64,000 nt of DNA from Octopus vulgaris. Lineage: Eukaryota. Positions 13,438 to 25,944 of the stretch are shown here, piece by piece (position 1 is the stretch's first letter; the number at the start of each line of letters is the position of its first letter). The notes below the pieces were generated by a model that saw only the letters and a list, made by a program, of their open reading frames with translations, did no database searches and was not told where the DNA came from. The stretch covers positions 14,694,001 through 14,758,000 of the forward strand of contig OX597830.1 of the NCBI GenBank assembly GCA_951406725.2, read 5' to 3'. The position numbers were made by a program, and so were the translations under genes.

Positions 13438-13980
13438 GGTCTTCTTCTTCTTCTTCTTCTTCTTCTTCTTCTTCTTCTTCTTCTTCTTCTTCTTCTTCTT
13501 CTTCTCATCATTCTTCTTCTTCTTCTCCTATTCCTCCTCCTCCTTCTCCTTCTTCTTTTTCTCATCCTTCTTCTTCTTCTTCTTCTCCTCTTCCTCCTCC
13601 TTCTTCATCTTCTTCCTTTTCTCATCCTTCTTCTTCTTTTCCTCTTCCTCCTTCTTCTTCTTCTACTCTTCTTTTTCTCATCCTTCTTCTTCTTCTTCTT
13701 CTTCTTCTTCTTCTTCTTCTTCTCCTCTTCCTCCTCCTCCTCCTCCTCCTTCTTCTTCTTCATCTTCTTCTTCCTTTTCTCATCCTTCTTCTTCTTTTCC
13801 TCTTCCTCCTTCTTCTTCTTCTACTTCTTCTTTTTCTCATCCTTCTTCTTCTTCTTCTCCTCTTCCTCCTCCTCCTCCTCCTCCTTCTTCTTCTTCTTCT
13901 TCTCCTCCTCCTTCTTCTTCTTCTTCTTCTTCTTCTTCTTCTTCTTCTTCTTCTTCTTCTTCTTCTTCTTCTTCTTCTTC
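13438..13980. repeat. ~540-bp (CTT)/(CCT) polypyrimidine tract
   Basis: Direct inspection; abuts the 3' end of the minus-strand SINE at 13982. Confidence 0.95.
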
Positions 13981-13981
13981 C

Positions 13982-14410
13982 AATCAGGACTCACGCCATT
14001 AGCCAAAAAGGATAATCTCTCTAATTCGAGCCTCTTCTCTAAGCTACTAAGAATGCCTGCGGCAACTTGAAGATCCACCCACCACACGCGATGGACTGGC
14101 GGTTGCACGGGCGCGAAAGCTACGTTGTTATCCTCATTCCGTAAACGGTGGCTTTTAACGGATCATCCTTGGGGTACAGAGGATTCGCAATTTAGACTAG
14201 GGTCTGAAAGTTTACTACACCATAGTGGGTTACACCATGGTTCCTCTGCTTTGTGGTAGAAGTAGGAAGAAAGAGTAAGTGAGAGAAAGTTGTGGTGAAA
14301 GAATACAGCGGGGTTCACCCCCGCCCCCCGCCGGAGCCTCGTGGAGCTTTGGTGTTTTTGCTCAATACACACTGATAATGCTCGGTCTAGGAATCGAAAC
14401 CGCGTTCTTA
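13982..14410 (-). mobile_element. SINE family C, tail type iii
   Basis: Shares GGAGCCTCGTGGAGCTT and GGAATCGAAACCGCG with 25945-26310 and 61627-61984, but has a different 3' half. Confidence 0.75.
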
Positions 14411-14844
14411 CGAAGTTGATTCACGACGGTGCGTTGTGTCCTTGCTCTGGTTCACTCGGCTGGCGAAAACAAGTGTTACCAGTAATTCAAAGCGTCAGCC
14501 TTGTCACATTCAGGTTAAATTTCTCTCAGAACTACGTTAAGGGTATGCGTGTCTGTTGAGCACTCAGCCAGTTGCACGTTAATTTCACGAGCAGACTGTT
14601 CGGCTGATCAAATCAAGAGGAACCGCTCGTCGTAACCGACGGAGTGCCAGTACCTCTCCCTGCACCACTTCCCCCAACACACCATTTCATTGAAACATTG
14701 CAACTCTTTCACTCACTCACCACCACCTTCCAATAGATTATTGCTAATTAACGCAAAAAACTACAGTTAATTTAATCTAAGTTCACCATCACCATTGTTC
14801 TAACATCTAAGACCCTTTCAAAACAAATCCACTACAATACTCCT

Positions 14845-15040
14845 GAAAGTTTACCACACCATAGTGGGTTACACCATGGTTCCTCTGCTTTGTGGCAGAA
14901 ATAGGAAGAAAGAGTGAGAGAAAGTTGTGGTGAAAGAGAACAGCGGGGTTCACCCCCAGTCCCGCCGGAGCCTCGTGGAGCTTAGGTGTAAAAACAGTAA
15001 ACACTGACAATGCCCGGTCTGGGAATCGAAACCGCGTTCT
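14845..15040 (-). mobile_element. SINE family C, tail type iii, truncated
   Basis: Near-identical to 14205-14410. Confidence 0.8.
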
Positions 15041-15378
15041 TACCACCAATTCCGCATAGCATTGCTAATGCACTAGCCGTTATTAGGACCTCGTTTAACA
15101 CTTCCCTATCAACAGAAACTATTACCTCCATTTCAACATACCGTCTTCGACTCTAATCTTTGTTGCCCTTCAAGCACACTACCTCCTAAGTACACTTCAT
15201 AAACATAAACTATTATATAAGAGGTTCTCAACCATTCTTTTTCCTATAAACACCGTTGATTCCAGTTTTACTCAGATGGACCCTCATAACCATTTGATGA
15301 TTAAAAAATCGTATTATATTTTTTATAATTTGATGTTATTAGGAATTGTATTTTAAAAATTGATAAAATTGATAAAAT

Positions 15379-15544
15379 AGGCGCAGGAGTGGCTGTGGGG
15401 TAAGTAGCTTGCTAACCAACCACATGGTTCCGGGTTCAGTCCCACTGCATGGCATCTTGGGCAAGTGTCTTCTGCTATAGCTCCGGGCCGACCAATGCCT
15501 TGTGAGTGGATTTGGTAGACGGAAACTGAAAGAAGCCCATCGTA

Positions 15545-15596
<52 letters not shown>

Positions 15597-15790
15597 GTGC
15601 GTGTATACGTTTGTGTGTGTGTTTGTTCCTGTCACCTAGCGGTTCGGCAAAAAGAGACCGATAGAATAAGTACTGGGCTTACAAAGAATAAGTCCCGGGG
15701 TCGATGTGCTCGACTAAAAGCGGTGCTCCAGCATGGACGCAGTCAAATGACTGAAACAAGTAAAAGATTTAAAGAGAGTAAAGAGAGTAA
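15379..15790 (+). mobile_element. SINE family B (CORE-like), full length with internal (TA)n
   Basis: Head AGGCGCAGGAGTGGCTGTG..GTAAG, GGTTCAGTCCC, CTTGGGCAAGTGTCTT; tail ACTGAAACAAGTAAAAGA. Confidence 0.9.
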
Positions 15791-16726
15791 AATATTTTGT
15801 GAATTACAGAAGAATAACCAATTTAGTGGACATCAATTTTAACAATAAGGCCTCATATAAACCCCAAGGGTCATGTGGACCTTGGATGAGAGCCATTGCA
15901 TTAAAGGACACTTTAAAAGCCAACCACGACACTTACATCTGTTATCTTTCAACACACTACTACTAAAGGTACACCTGTACTATCGAAACTATAAGCGTAT
16001 CCTAATGAAACGGTCAACTTACGAAGCAAGGAGGGAACCTCAGTCTAGTTTGCTTTACTAGTAATAACACATTAATCTCCCTCAAATGATACCCTACCAT
16101 TTTAGGGTCACCTTAGATAAAGTGGTTTTAGGTTCCTTAATCCGCTGCTTCGCCGAGCATTTTGCGTTAATCGATATTAACCAATATTCGCATTCCGGCG
16201 ACCAACGAAGCTGACACTTCAACAGTGCTTTGTCACGTATTCCATGCATCTCCATAGATATTGCATTGGAAATACTGGAGAGTTATATATAGCTCCCGTT
16301 CTTTCAGCTAATCCATTCCATTTACTGTTGGACATTTCATTTCGTCGCTTAGATGTATTGCTAGATCAAATAACCTAGGGTCGTTCGAGGTGCTAAAAAT
16401 AACAGTCAAACATATTTCAAATTACATATCACCATCTAAGATAAAAAAGCGTTTAAATTCGATAGAATATTCTTGTTTCAATATGAAATGATGGATGGTC
16501 GTTGCTAGAACATGTTTCATCATAGGAATAATCAAAAAAGAGTGATAGGAAATGAAGTCTCCGACAGAGAAGCAGTTTTATGGTGTTCTAACTATGACCA
16601 TCCTATCATTTTATCAGAGATAGCGAAGAAGACTGCTTTGAATTTAACTTGTCTTTAAATGTGTCTGTGTGTGTGTATACATTTAGTATATACACACATA
16701 CAGAAACACGCACACGCACGTACATA

Positions 16727-16791
<65 letters not shown>

Positions 16792-17212
16792 TCGATGAAG
16801 ACTTGTGTATTTATTCTGTTTACATTCCGGGAGATTTAAGCGTGAAAATGATGAATGCAGATTTGCGCGTCGTCATACAACTTATTTCAGATGAATATGT
16901 GCACTCCTGACTAATGAATCTACCAAGAGTTCGTGCTTCATGTTTATGGTTTCAGGAACCATTTGATTCTACTGGAACATATAAAGAAAAATATGCCAGT
17001 CACCGCTTTCATTCTCGCTTGTCACAGTGCACATCATGATTTATTATCAGTTGGAAGATATCAAACTCGCATCAGCAATTAAATTTATTTACTGAAGTTA
17101 TTAACAAAAGCCACATTCGCTGAAGTTATAAACAAGAAATAGATTTGCTGCTTTTTTTTTTTGCGACTCAGAAAGCTTTAAATAATATTGAAAAGCAAAT
17201 ATGCCTGGCATA

Positions 17213-17433
17213 TACGAGTGGGTGCTAAAAGTTTCCTGACTTTGGCTAAAAGTACATACAGGAAGATCAGTTAATAATGATTTTATTCAGCATATCTCGC
17301 TCTCGAATTCACACACTTACTGCAGCTATCTTTCAGTTTTTCTAAGCCCTGCAAAAGAACTCGGAAGATTGGGCATCTACCCAGGCCTTTTGCGACACCC
17401 TCAAAGCCAGGAACTTTTCAGCGTCCCCACGTA
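17213..17433. mobile_element. mariner/Tc1-type MITE (~220 bp) with TA TSD
   Basis: Left TA-CGAGTGGGTGCTAAAAGTTTCCTGACTTT; right end reverse-complements to TA-CGTGGGGACGCTGAAAAGTTCCTGGCTTT. Confidence 0.8.
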
Positions 17434-18693
17434 TCAACATTGGAAGTGGCTACACTCGGAGTAAAACGTGGCCAACTGATTTGTTGAGGTCAATAGTACG
17501 GAAAATCTATTACAAATGGAGTCATCTGAATCTTGACTTTTAAAGCAACAGTTGAATGGTGTACAAGCGTCAAGTTGAAATCATTCAAGATATATGGAAT
17601 TTGGAATACATTCGATGGTGCATAAGACGAATATCTGTGGAACGGTTATTGTGCAAGCACAATAGGGATATGTACAACCACTAATTGCAGGCAGCGATAA
17701 TAAAGAGGATCCTTATGATAATATCATTTAGATTGACGATTAGGAAGATTTATGCAGTGCTTAAAATAATGGACATAGTAATTTCGCAGGCTTTTAATGA
17801 TCCTTTGTATTAGAAAGGTTTAAATTATATGATATAATTGTAAATTAAAGTTGTATTAGATGTAAATTTTGAGCGCACAAATAAATTGTTCAAATTTTTC
17901 TTTTTCCAGTTTCTACTATGCAAAAAGTAAATAGCATACAAATCACGTTTTATAGGCCATTTTTTCCTGCCAAGTAGTGATAAACACTTGTGATTAAACC
18001 ACTTTGTTTAATATGCTGGTATTTCAGTTCATAAGAAGCAAAACGATATCACGTAATTTTACATTTCAAGTTACTCTAGAAGGATATTTTGTGCAGTGCA
18101 TTGTAGATTAACTAAATATACGGCATATTATTTCCGTTACGATTTATAAATGTGGATAAGGCAGAATCTTTACTCTACCGGGACAAAATGCTGAGTGTCA
18201 TTTCTTTTAGATATACATTCTGAGTTCAAATGCCGCTTAAGTCGACTTTGTCCATCATCCTTTCGGGCCCTGGGGTCGATTAAATCAGCTAACCTCTTCT
18301 ATCAAAATTAGGAAAATTTATATGTAAGTATTTGCTTATTGTCATTCCGTCTACCAACAATTTCAGCCATATCTATGTTAATCTAAAATCTTTCCTGAAG
18401 CCTCTATAGTCCTTACACTTGTTTCGAAGGAGTATAGCGACCGAGAGTACAAAACTACCTCTCTGGACAGGCCGTCCTTCTGTTGTAAGCTGAACATCTA
18501 GCTGCTGTTTCTAGCACTCATTTACGGAAACTATATTGAATCACTCACTAAGGTTCATTCTAAACAATTCCGTGACTACCTCTGATATTTCCTCTCAAAG
18601 GGAAATACAAGAATACATACATACACACATTCATTTATACATACATACATGCGTTCATTTATACATACATACATACGTTCATACGACCATACA

Positions 18694-18770
<77 letters not shown>

Positions 18771-18772
<2 letters not shown>

Positions 18773-18970
18773 CGAAGTTTTGTCAGTGAACAGGTCGCGG
18801 TCTCAAAGCGACGAAAATATTTTGCCAAATTAAATTTAAATGTTGAAGTGAATCTAACGGTCTTGTGTGTTTCTTAAATGGCTTATAAACACCTTCCACG
18901 CTGCAATTGTTTTCGTTCCAGCACACGATCTCAGATCAAGTCACTCGCTATGCAAGTACATCTCCGTAAT
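18771..18970 (+). mobile_element. short Penelope-like element in (TA)n with hammerhead-like fold
   Basis: TTTGTCA-GTGAACAG-GTCGC-loop-GCGAC-GAAAATATTT-TGCCAAA; (TA)n on both sides; copies at 2687 and 49066. Confidence 0.6.
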
Positions 18971-18977
18971 ATATATA

Positions 18978-19045
<68 letters not shown>

Positions 19046-19048
19046 TAA

Positions 19049-19126
<78 letters not shown>

Positions 19127-19128
19127 TG
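18969..19128. repeat. (TA)n(GA)n(GATA)n compound microsatellite
   Basis: Direct inspection. Confidence 0.95.
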
Positions 19129-19354
19129 ATGCGCATAAAAATGTATGTGTTGAAGATGGCTGAGGAAATGGATTACTCGTACGGAGTTTACAATTAACAC
19201 GCAGTGGAGAGCGTATGTTCCATGAGGTTTATCATGTGCCACGCATAGACGCGTGCACGTATTATAACTACATGAGTTTTCTTTCATTAGCTGTCTGTTT
19301 ATCAAGTATTTCTCTTATGTTTGGGTGCAGGTGGTCAGAACAATTGCGCAGGGT

Positions 19355-19436
19355 TTGGCGGCGGCGGTGGCGGCGGTGGTGGTGGTGGTGGTGGTGGTGG
19401 TAGCGGTGGTAATGATCTTTGGTATTAGGGTTCTCC

Positions 19437-19484
<48 letters not shown>

Positions 19485-21918
19485 GTGTTTGTTGTTGTTG
19501 TTGTTGTAACAGCAGCAGCAGCAGCAGCAGCAGCTGGTGTTGATGTGATTGTGGTGTTGGTGTCCGTTGCAGTGTCGGGTGTGAATGTCACGAGGGCGAT
19601 GGCGATGGCGGTGGTGACAGAGTGAGGTGTTGTGAGGCGTCGCGGTGGTTGTGTGGCAAGGAGGATGTAATGATGTTAGGGGCTGTGAGGATCGGGCGAT
19701 AGCGGCGGCGGCGGTGGCGGCGGCGGCGGCGGCAGCGGTGGTGGTGGTGGTGGTGGTGGTGGTGGTGATGTTGTGAGTGGTTGTGTTAGTAGTTGTGGTG
19801 GTAACGGAAAGCAATTGTGACGACTGGTGGTGGTTGGGGAGTGGGGTAGTGGTGTAGGTGGTGATGGTTGTTGTTGGTGATGATGGTGGTGTGTGTGTGT
19901 GTGTGTGTGGTGTAGGTGGTGATGGTTGTTGTTGGTGATGATGGTGGTGGTGTGTGTGTGTGTGTGAGCAGGGGTGATGGCGATGGTAATGTTGGTGGTG
20001 GAGGTTGGTAGTGGTGGTGGTGATAGTGTTGATGGTAGTTGGTGATGGTGGTGGTGGTGGAGCTGTCATGATAATGGTATGAATTGTGTCGTGGTTGTCT
20101 GATGGTGGCGCTGTGCTGGGGAATTTGTCAAAGGTGTGTGACAGTAGTGATGGTGGTGGTGGTGATGGTAGCGGTAGTAGTGATGTCATGGCAAGAGTGG
20201 TTAATGCTATGAGTGGTTGCAATGGTTGTGTGGCGGTGGTGGCGGTGGCAGTAGTACAAGAGGTAGTAACGGCGACAGGGGTGTGATAGTTGTGTGATGG
20301 TGATGGTAGGGCGGTGGTGGCAGCTTAGGGTGAGGTCGTAATGTTTGTGTTGTAGTGGTGGTGTTAGTATGGTAACGGCGGTGGTAGAGTTGTGGTGGTG
20401 GTAGTGGTGGAGAGGGTGTGGCGATGGTGAGTTAGTGTGGTAGCGATGATTGTTTGGTGATAGTGATAGTTGTGGAGGTAGTGTTAGTTGCGGAGTGGTG
20501 GTAGTGGTGGTGGTGGTGGTGGTGGTGATGTGTGGTGATGGTGGTGATGGTGGTGGTGTAGTGGTGGTGGTGGTGATGGTAGTGGTGATGTTGTTAGTGG
20601 CAGTGATGGTAGTTGTAGTGGTTGAAATGGTGGTAGTGGTGGTGGCGGTGATGGTGGTGGTGATGGTGGTGGTGTAGTGGTGGTGGTGGTGATGGTAGTG
20701 GTGGTGTTGTTGTTGGTGGTTGTGGTCGTGGTGGTTGTGGTGGTGATGGTGGTTGTGTAGTGGTGGTGTTGTTTGTGGTGGCAGTGATGGTAGTTGTAGT
20801 GGTGGTAGTGGTGGTGGTGGTGGTGGTGTTGGTGGTGTTGGTGGTGATGGTAGTGATGTAGTGGTGGTGGTGATGGTAGTGGTGGTGTTATTGGTGGTGG
20901 CAGTGATGGTAGTTGTAGTGGTGGTAGTGGTGGAAGTGGTGGTGGTGGTAGTGGTTGTGGTTGTGGTGGTGGTGGTTGAGTGTGGTGTGTAAAGTGTAGT
21001 TGCTAGAGGTATAGGTGGTGGCGGCGGTGGTGTTTATAATGCGATGGTGTGATGGCGGCGGCGATGCTTGAGGTCTTTGTGATTTTTGTGATAATGGTTT
21101 TCTTGCTGTTATTTGAGATCTGATAACTATAATGTGGTGGTGTTAGTCTTGGTGCTAGTAGAGGTGGTATCAAGGTTAGGTGCTAGTAGTGGGGTATTAG
21201 TGGTGTTATAGCTAGTGCAATGGTAATTGTTAATGGAGGTGTTGGTAGTTATTATTCCATAAAGGTGTGTGTTGTTGTTGTTGTTGTTGTTGTTGGGATG
21301 GTGGTGTTTGTTGTTGGTGGTTGTGGTGACAGTGGTGGTGTTGGTAGTGTTGGTTGTAGTAGTGGTGTTGGTGTTGGTGTTCTTATTGTTGTTGGTGGTG
21401 GTTGTGGTTGTGGCAGTGGTGGTGGTGGTAGTGGTGACAGTGGTGGTGTTGGTGGTGGTTGTGGTTGTGGTTGTGGCAGTGGTGGTAGTGGTAGTGGTGA
21501 CAGTGGTGGCGATGGTAGTGTTGGCTGTAGTAGTGGTATTGGTGGTGGTGTTGTTATTGTTGTTGGTGGTGGTTGTGGTTGTGGTTGTGGCAGTGGTGGT
21601 GGTGGTAGTGGTGACAGTGGTGGTGTTGGTTGTAGTAGTGGTGTTGGTGGTGGTGGTGGTTGTGGTTGTGGTTGTGGTTGTGGCAGTGGTGGTAGTGGTA
21701 GTGGTGACAGTGGTGGTGTTGGTAGTGTTGGCTGTAGTAGTGGTGTTGGTGTTGGTGGTGGTAGAGGAGGTGGTGAGTAGAGTGTTACTGTTGTTGTTTG
21801 TGATGGTGATGATGGTAAACGTGGCGAGCGTAGTGACGGCGGTGGTAGTTGTGGTAGTCGGAGTAATGGTGATTTTGCTGGCAGTAAATTGTTAGTATTG
21901 CTATTCTTGTTGATGTCG

Positions 21919-21950
<32 letters not shown>

Positions 21951-21960
21951 ATTGTTGTTA
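19355..21960. repeat. ~2.6-kb degenerate (GGT)/(GTT)/(GTA) low-complexity domain
   Basis: Strong G/T skew on the + strand; higher-order repeats at ~21310-21760. Confidence 0.9.
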
Positions 21961-21964
21961 TTTT

Positions 21965-22150
21965 GACCCGTTCATCCCTTACAGCTCAGGCCTGTGGTCA
22001 AAGGTATTCCAGTGCTGACCATCCCATGTTTTTATCAATGCACAGAGAATCCAGAACACCACATTTACACAGCGCCTCTGTGAGATTTGAAGGAGATTAC
22101 TTAACTATTTCTAGCAGTTTGAGCACACGAAGGCTCTTCCCGGTTGATAC
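21965..22150 (-). mobile_element. old dispersed SINE-like family D fragment
   Basis: Motifs GTGATTTGAAGGAGAT..CTATTTCTAGC and CAAAGGTATTCCAG..TGACCATCCC recur at ~12085, 12700, 16030, 16385, 26855, 31395, 42665 and 62945. Confidence 0.6.
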
Positions 22151-22229
22151 AGTAGGCTGATACTGCAGGGGTCAGCACAAAAGACTCTCAGGTCAGCTGC
22201 TTTACAAAGGAAATGTCTGATGATAATGG

Positions 22230-22760
22230 AGGCGGTGGTGGTGGTGGTGGTGGTGGTGGTGGTAGTGGTGGTGGTGGTGGCTGTGGTATGGATTGTGGGG
22301 TGGAGTGGTACTAATGGTAGCAGGGGGTGGTGATTCTTCCTTGAAAGGTGTGTGTGGGGGGGGAGAGGAATGCAAGTTGTCTTGGTGATACACTTAGACA
22401 TTGATAGTGGCTCTGATGGTGACGGTGGAAGTGGTTGTCAATGGTAAAGGTGACGATGGTTCTTAGTGGTGGTGGTGGTGGTGGTGATGGTGGCGGCGGT
22501 GGTGGTGGTGGTGGTGGTGGTGGTGGTGGTCGCAGTGATGGTAGTGATGGTAGTATTGCTGGGAAAGTAGCGTTGGTATTGGTGGTGGTATTAGTGATGG
22601 TGTATAGAATGGTAGTACAGTTGCCAGTACAAGTGGTGGAGGTAGGTGTTCGTAATGAGGAGTCGGTGGTGGTAGCGGTAGTAGTGGCGGTCGCGTTGGT
22701 GGTGGTGGTGAAGGTAATGGTTGTGGTGGTGGGGGTGGGGTGTTGGTGGTGGTGGTGGTA
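22230..22760. repeat. degenerate (GGT)n block
   Basis: Direct inspection. Confidence 0.85.
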
Positions 22761-22916
22761 CATCACTGTTTCATCGGTCTCGTGGGGACCTACGAAGACC
22801 CTGGGCACAGCTCCTTCTTCCAGTCCAAAAAAAAAAAAATCTATAAAAATAAATAACAAAACAAGAGAATAAAAGATGTGAGAGAAGTGTGGAAGATTAA
22901 AAGTGGGAATGTGTGT

Positions 22917-22983
22917 GGGGGTGGGGGGTCGGGTCGGGTCGGGTGCGGGTGGGGGGTCGGTTGGGGGGTTGGGGGTTGGGGGT
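22917..22983 (+). other. strong G-quadruplex-forming motif
   Basis: About ten G-runs of 3-6 nt with short loops (GGGGGTGGGGGGTCGGGTCGGGTCGGG...). Confidence 0.75.
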
Positions 22984-23494
22984 TGAACAATGAGAGAAGC
23001 AAAAGAAGCAGTGAAGCAAGAAGTGAAGGTTAGAGTGCATCAAGCAGATTACTCCTTCAGTACATTATCCGTCCGCTCTGAAACTTCCTTTATCCAGCTG
23101 ATCAGCAAAATCTATAATCCGCTCCGGACAATCCGCGTACATTTTTGGTCTTTGGCCAAGAACGTTATTGTAGCAGCAGCGAGAATGAGTCATTGCTTGC
23201 TGGCTTCTACAGCTTTTAATAACCAGCATGGCGTGGGTCTAAGACCAGCGACTCCACTCTGTCGTCTGCCGCACGGCAAGCTCTTGCAATGAATTCCTTC
23301 AATAACTAACACCTTCTACCACCACCACCACCACCACTACCACCACCACCATCACCACCACCACCACCAAGCTCCACTGCAAGCCTCCTTCTCTCCTTCG
23401 TCTCACCACTCTCTCTCTCTCTCCTTCTTTACACACACACACACACACATATATACATACTCGCGCACACATAAACACACTCAAATGTATACAC

Positions 23495-23551
<57 letters not shown>

Positions 23552-23568
23552 TATATATATACACACAC

Positions 23569-23616
<48 letters not shown>

Positions 23617-23730
23617 TTCATTGCCTTTCTTCCTTATAATTCTGCCTTCCTTTCTTTCTTTCACTTTCCCTCTCTCTCTCCCTCTTTACACACACACACA
23701 TATACATACTTGCGCACACATAAATACACT

Positions 23731-23802
<72 letters not shown>

Positions 23803-24204
23803 TGTGTGTGTGTATTTCATTACCTTTCCTCCTTATAATTCTGTCTCCCTTTCTTTCTGTCTGTCTCTTTCTTTCTCTCTCTCTTTTCTCCCTTGCTGTC
23901 TCTCCCTTTTCTCCTCTGCTTAATCCCCCGCGACTCTGGTCTTCCTTCACACTAGCCATAATATTAATGTGCGATGAACTTAAAGGATATCTACTTGGTG
24001 GCCTGAACGACTGGTCTTCTACGAGAAACAATCTTGCTAATGTCGTGCTTTTCGCTTTAAAATCTAACGGCAAACACAAAGCTAGAAACTATCTGCGTGC
24101 GTATGAATGCATATGTGCATATGCATATATATATGTATATGTGTGTGTATGTGTGCCTGTGTGTATGTATGGGTATGCGTGAGTATAAGTGTGTGAGTGG
24201 TGTA

Positions 24205-24247
<43 letters not shown>

Positions 24248-25944
24248 GTGTGTATGTGTGTGTGAAAGCCAGCGAACGCACAAAACGTTGCTGTCACAAT
24301 TTGTACCTTGTTTCACCTTTCTACTCTGCTAATCACTCTTAGATTCCTATTAAAAGGCCCCTATTAGATTACTGTCTCTAAGGATGTATGAGGTGAGAAA
24401 AGTTCTTGTTGATTACATTTAATTCAAACAAAGTTCCCAATCTTTTCTAATTATATTAATTATATTAAATTAATTGCAGTTAATTACGTTTTGATAGCAG
24501 GTTAAATTCACTTGATAATTTTGTGTGGTGGAGTAAAAAACTTTACTTAATTTCGTTTAATATTATAGGAGTGTTAATATGTCTATATAAAGTGTAACGG
24601 AGGCAGAGGTGAAGGAAATAAGAGCCAGGTGAGATGAATGTTCAACCAGGTTTCGATTCTTGTTTGAAACGAATTCATTTCACATATGTGTAAAACACCC
24701 CTCGAAAGGCACATGTAGGTTACATAATAGCAGTCGACACCGAATAAATGTGGAGATGGGTCAGCATCTAAATAAGAAATTCGCTTTTACATTTATCACT
24801 ATAGAAATTCTATAGAGAAAAACTTCAAAGAGAAAATATCGCACTTCTAACACAATGTAAGGCAATATTGACTCGTAAACCTGTAATATACATGGTAGTA
24901 CATTATGGTTGCGAAACGAAATACTGTGACCTTGCCAGCAATTCATACGAAATAAGATTATTTACTGGGTGTAAACAACAACAGCAACAAATAAAGATAA
25001 TACAAAATGAAAGAAATCTTGCGGTTGTTTAGCTGTCTGTCGGCGCTAATTGGCTAAACTTGTAATCAGAAATATTTCAGCCGTAATTACTTCGCTTTTT
25101 AAGCATATATACGACATTGCTGTTCCACATATTCTATCCATTTTTGAAGGGGGAAGATCATTTAAGGAAGATTTTGCGGCTTTTTCTAGCAGGGTTTTTA
25201 GCGATTGCTTAGAGACTCCGTTTTTGGTTCCTAAAAGTTCCATTTGATAGACAGCAGGATCCCGGTTCCGATTCTGATCATATTTTCTTCTTCATACCTC
25301 CAATGCCCCTGGAAAGAACTGCCTCGATGAAATTTCCCTCCGCCCCTTATAATACTTTAGTCCAAAAAGAAATTTATTTTCCAATTCTACGCAGTAAAAC
25401 TGAAGGCAAATCGACTAAACAGACGACAGACTCTGAACTTTTACTTGTTAAATATGCAATTCTCTTCGATAGTCAGATCATCGTTGCTAAAATTACAGAA
25501 TTAAGAAGTAAATATTGTTGTATAGCTCTTTAGTCTATTGCTGAGATGGGAGTGCAATCACTATTATTAAAGAATCAACTTTATGCTTTGGTTGAACGAT
25601 TAGCTGGTTCTCGGATAATTCTGACATCTTGGTCTGAGAGTAGATTCCTTCTTGCATCTTGATATTCACCGGATTGACTGTATTCATGTTTGTTAAACTA
25701 ACCAACTTATCTCATACCTGCGCTGTGGAATGCATGCACACGTGTGTGTGTGTGTGCGTGTGTGCGTGTGTGTGTTGTTTGCAAGTTGGTATTACAAATA
25801 TCACATACATTATTTAAAATATTATTTTATGGAGACGCACTTGAAATCCGGAAAAAAACTCGGCATAAACGATGGGCTAAAATAGTTGTTGTTGTTGTTG
25901 CTGATGCCGCTGTTACTGTTGTTTCTGCTGTTGCTGTTGCTGTT

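Larger units (their letters stand above)
13385..14650 (+). mobile_element. older tRNA-SINE split by a nested SINE family C insertion
   Basis: Head GGCTTAATGGTGAGGGTGTTCGACTCACGATC (~13393-13440). Body resumes at ~14410; its tail GAACTACGTTAAGGGTA...CGTAACCGACGGAGTGC is shared with 61627-61984. Confidence 0.6.

Noticed and set aside
22311-22859. His/Thr/Pro-rich ORF (MYHHHHQHP...) resembling a transcription factor N-terminus
   Set aside because: Derived from the (CCA)n strand; no DNA-binding domain or supported splice structure.
22990-23292. 100-aa ORF in unique sequence
   Set aside because: No recognisable motif; length is within chance expectation.
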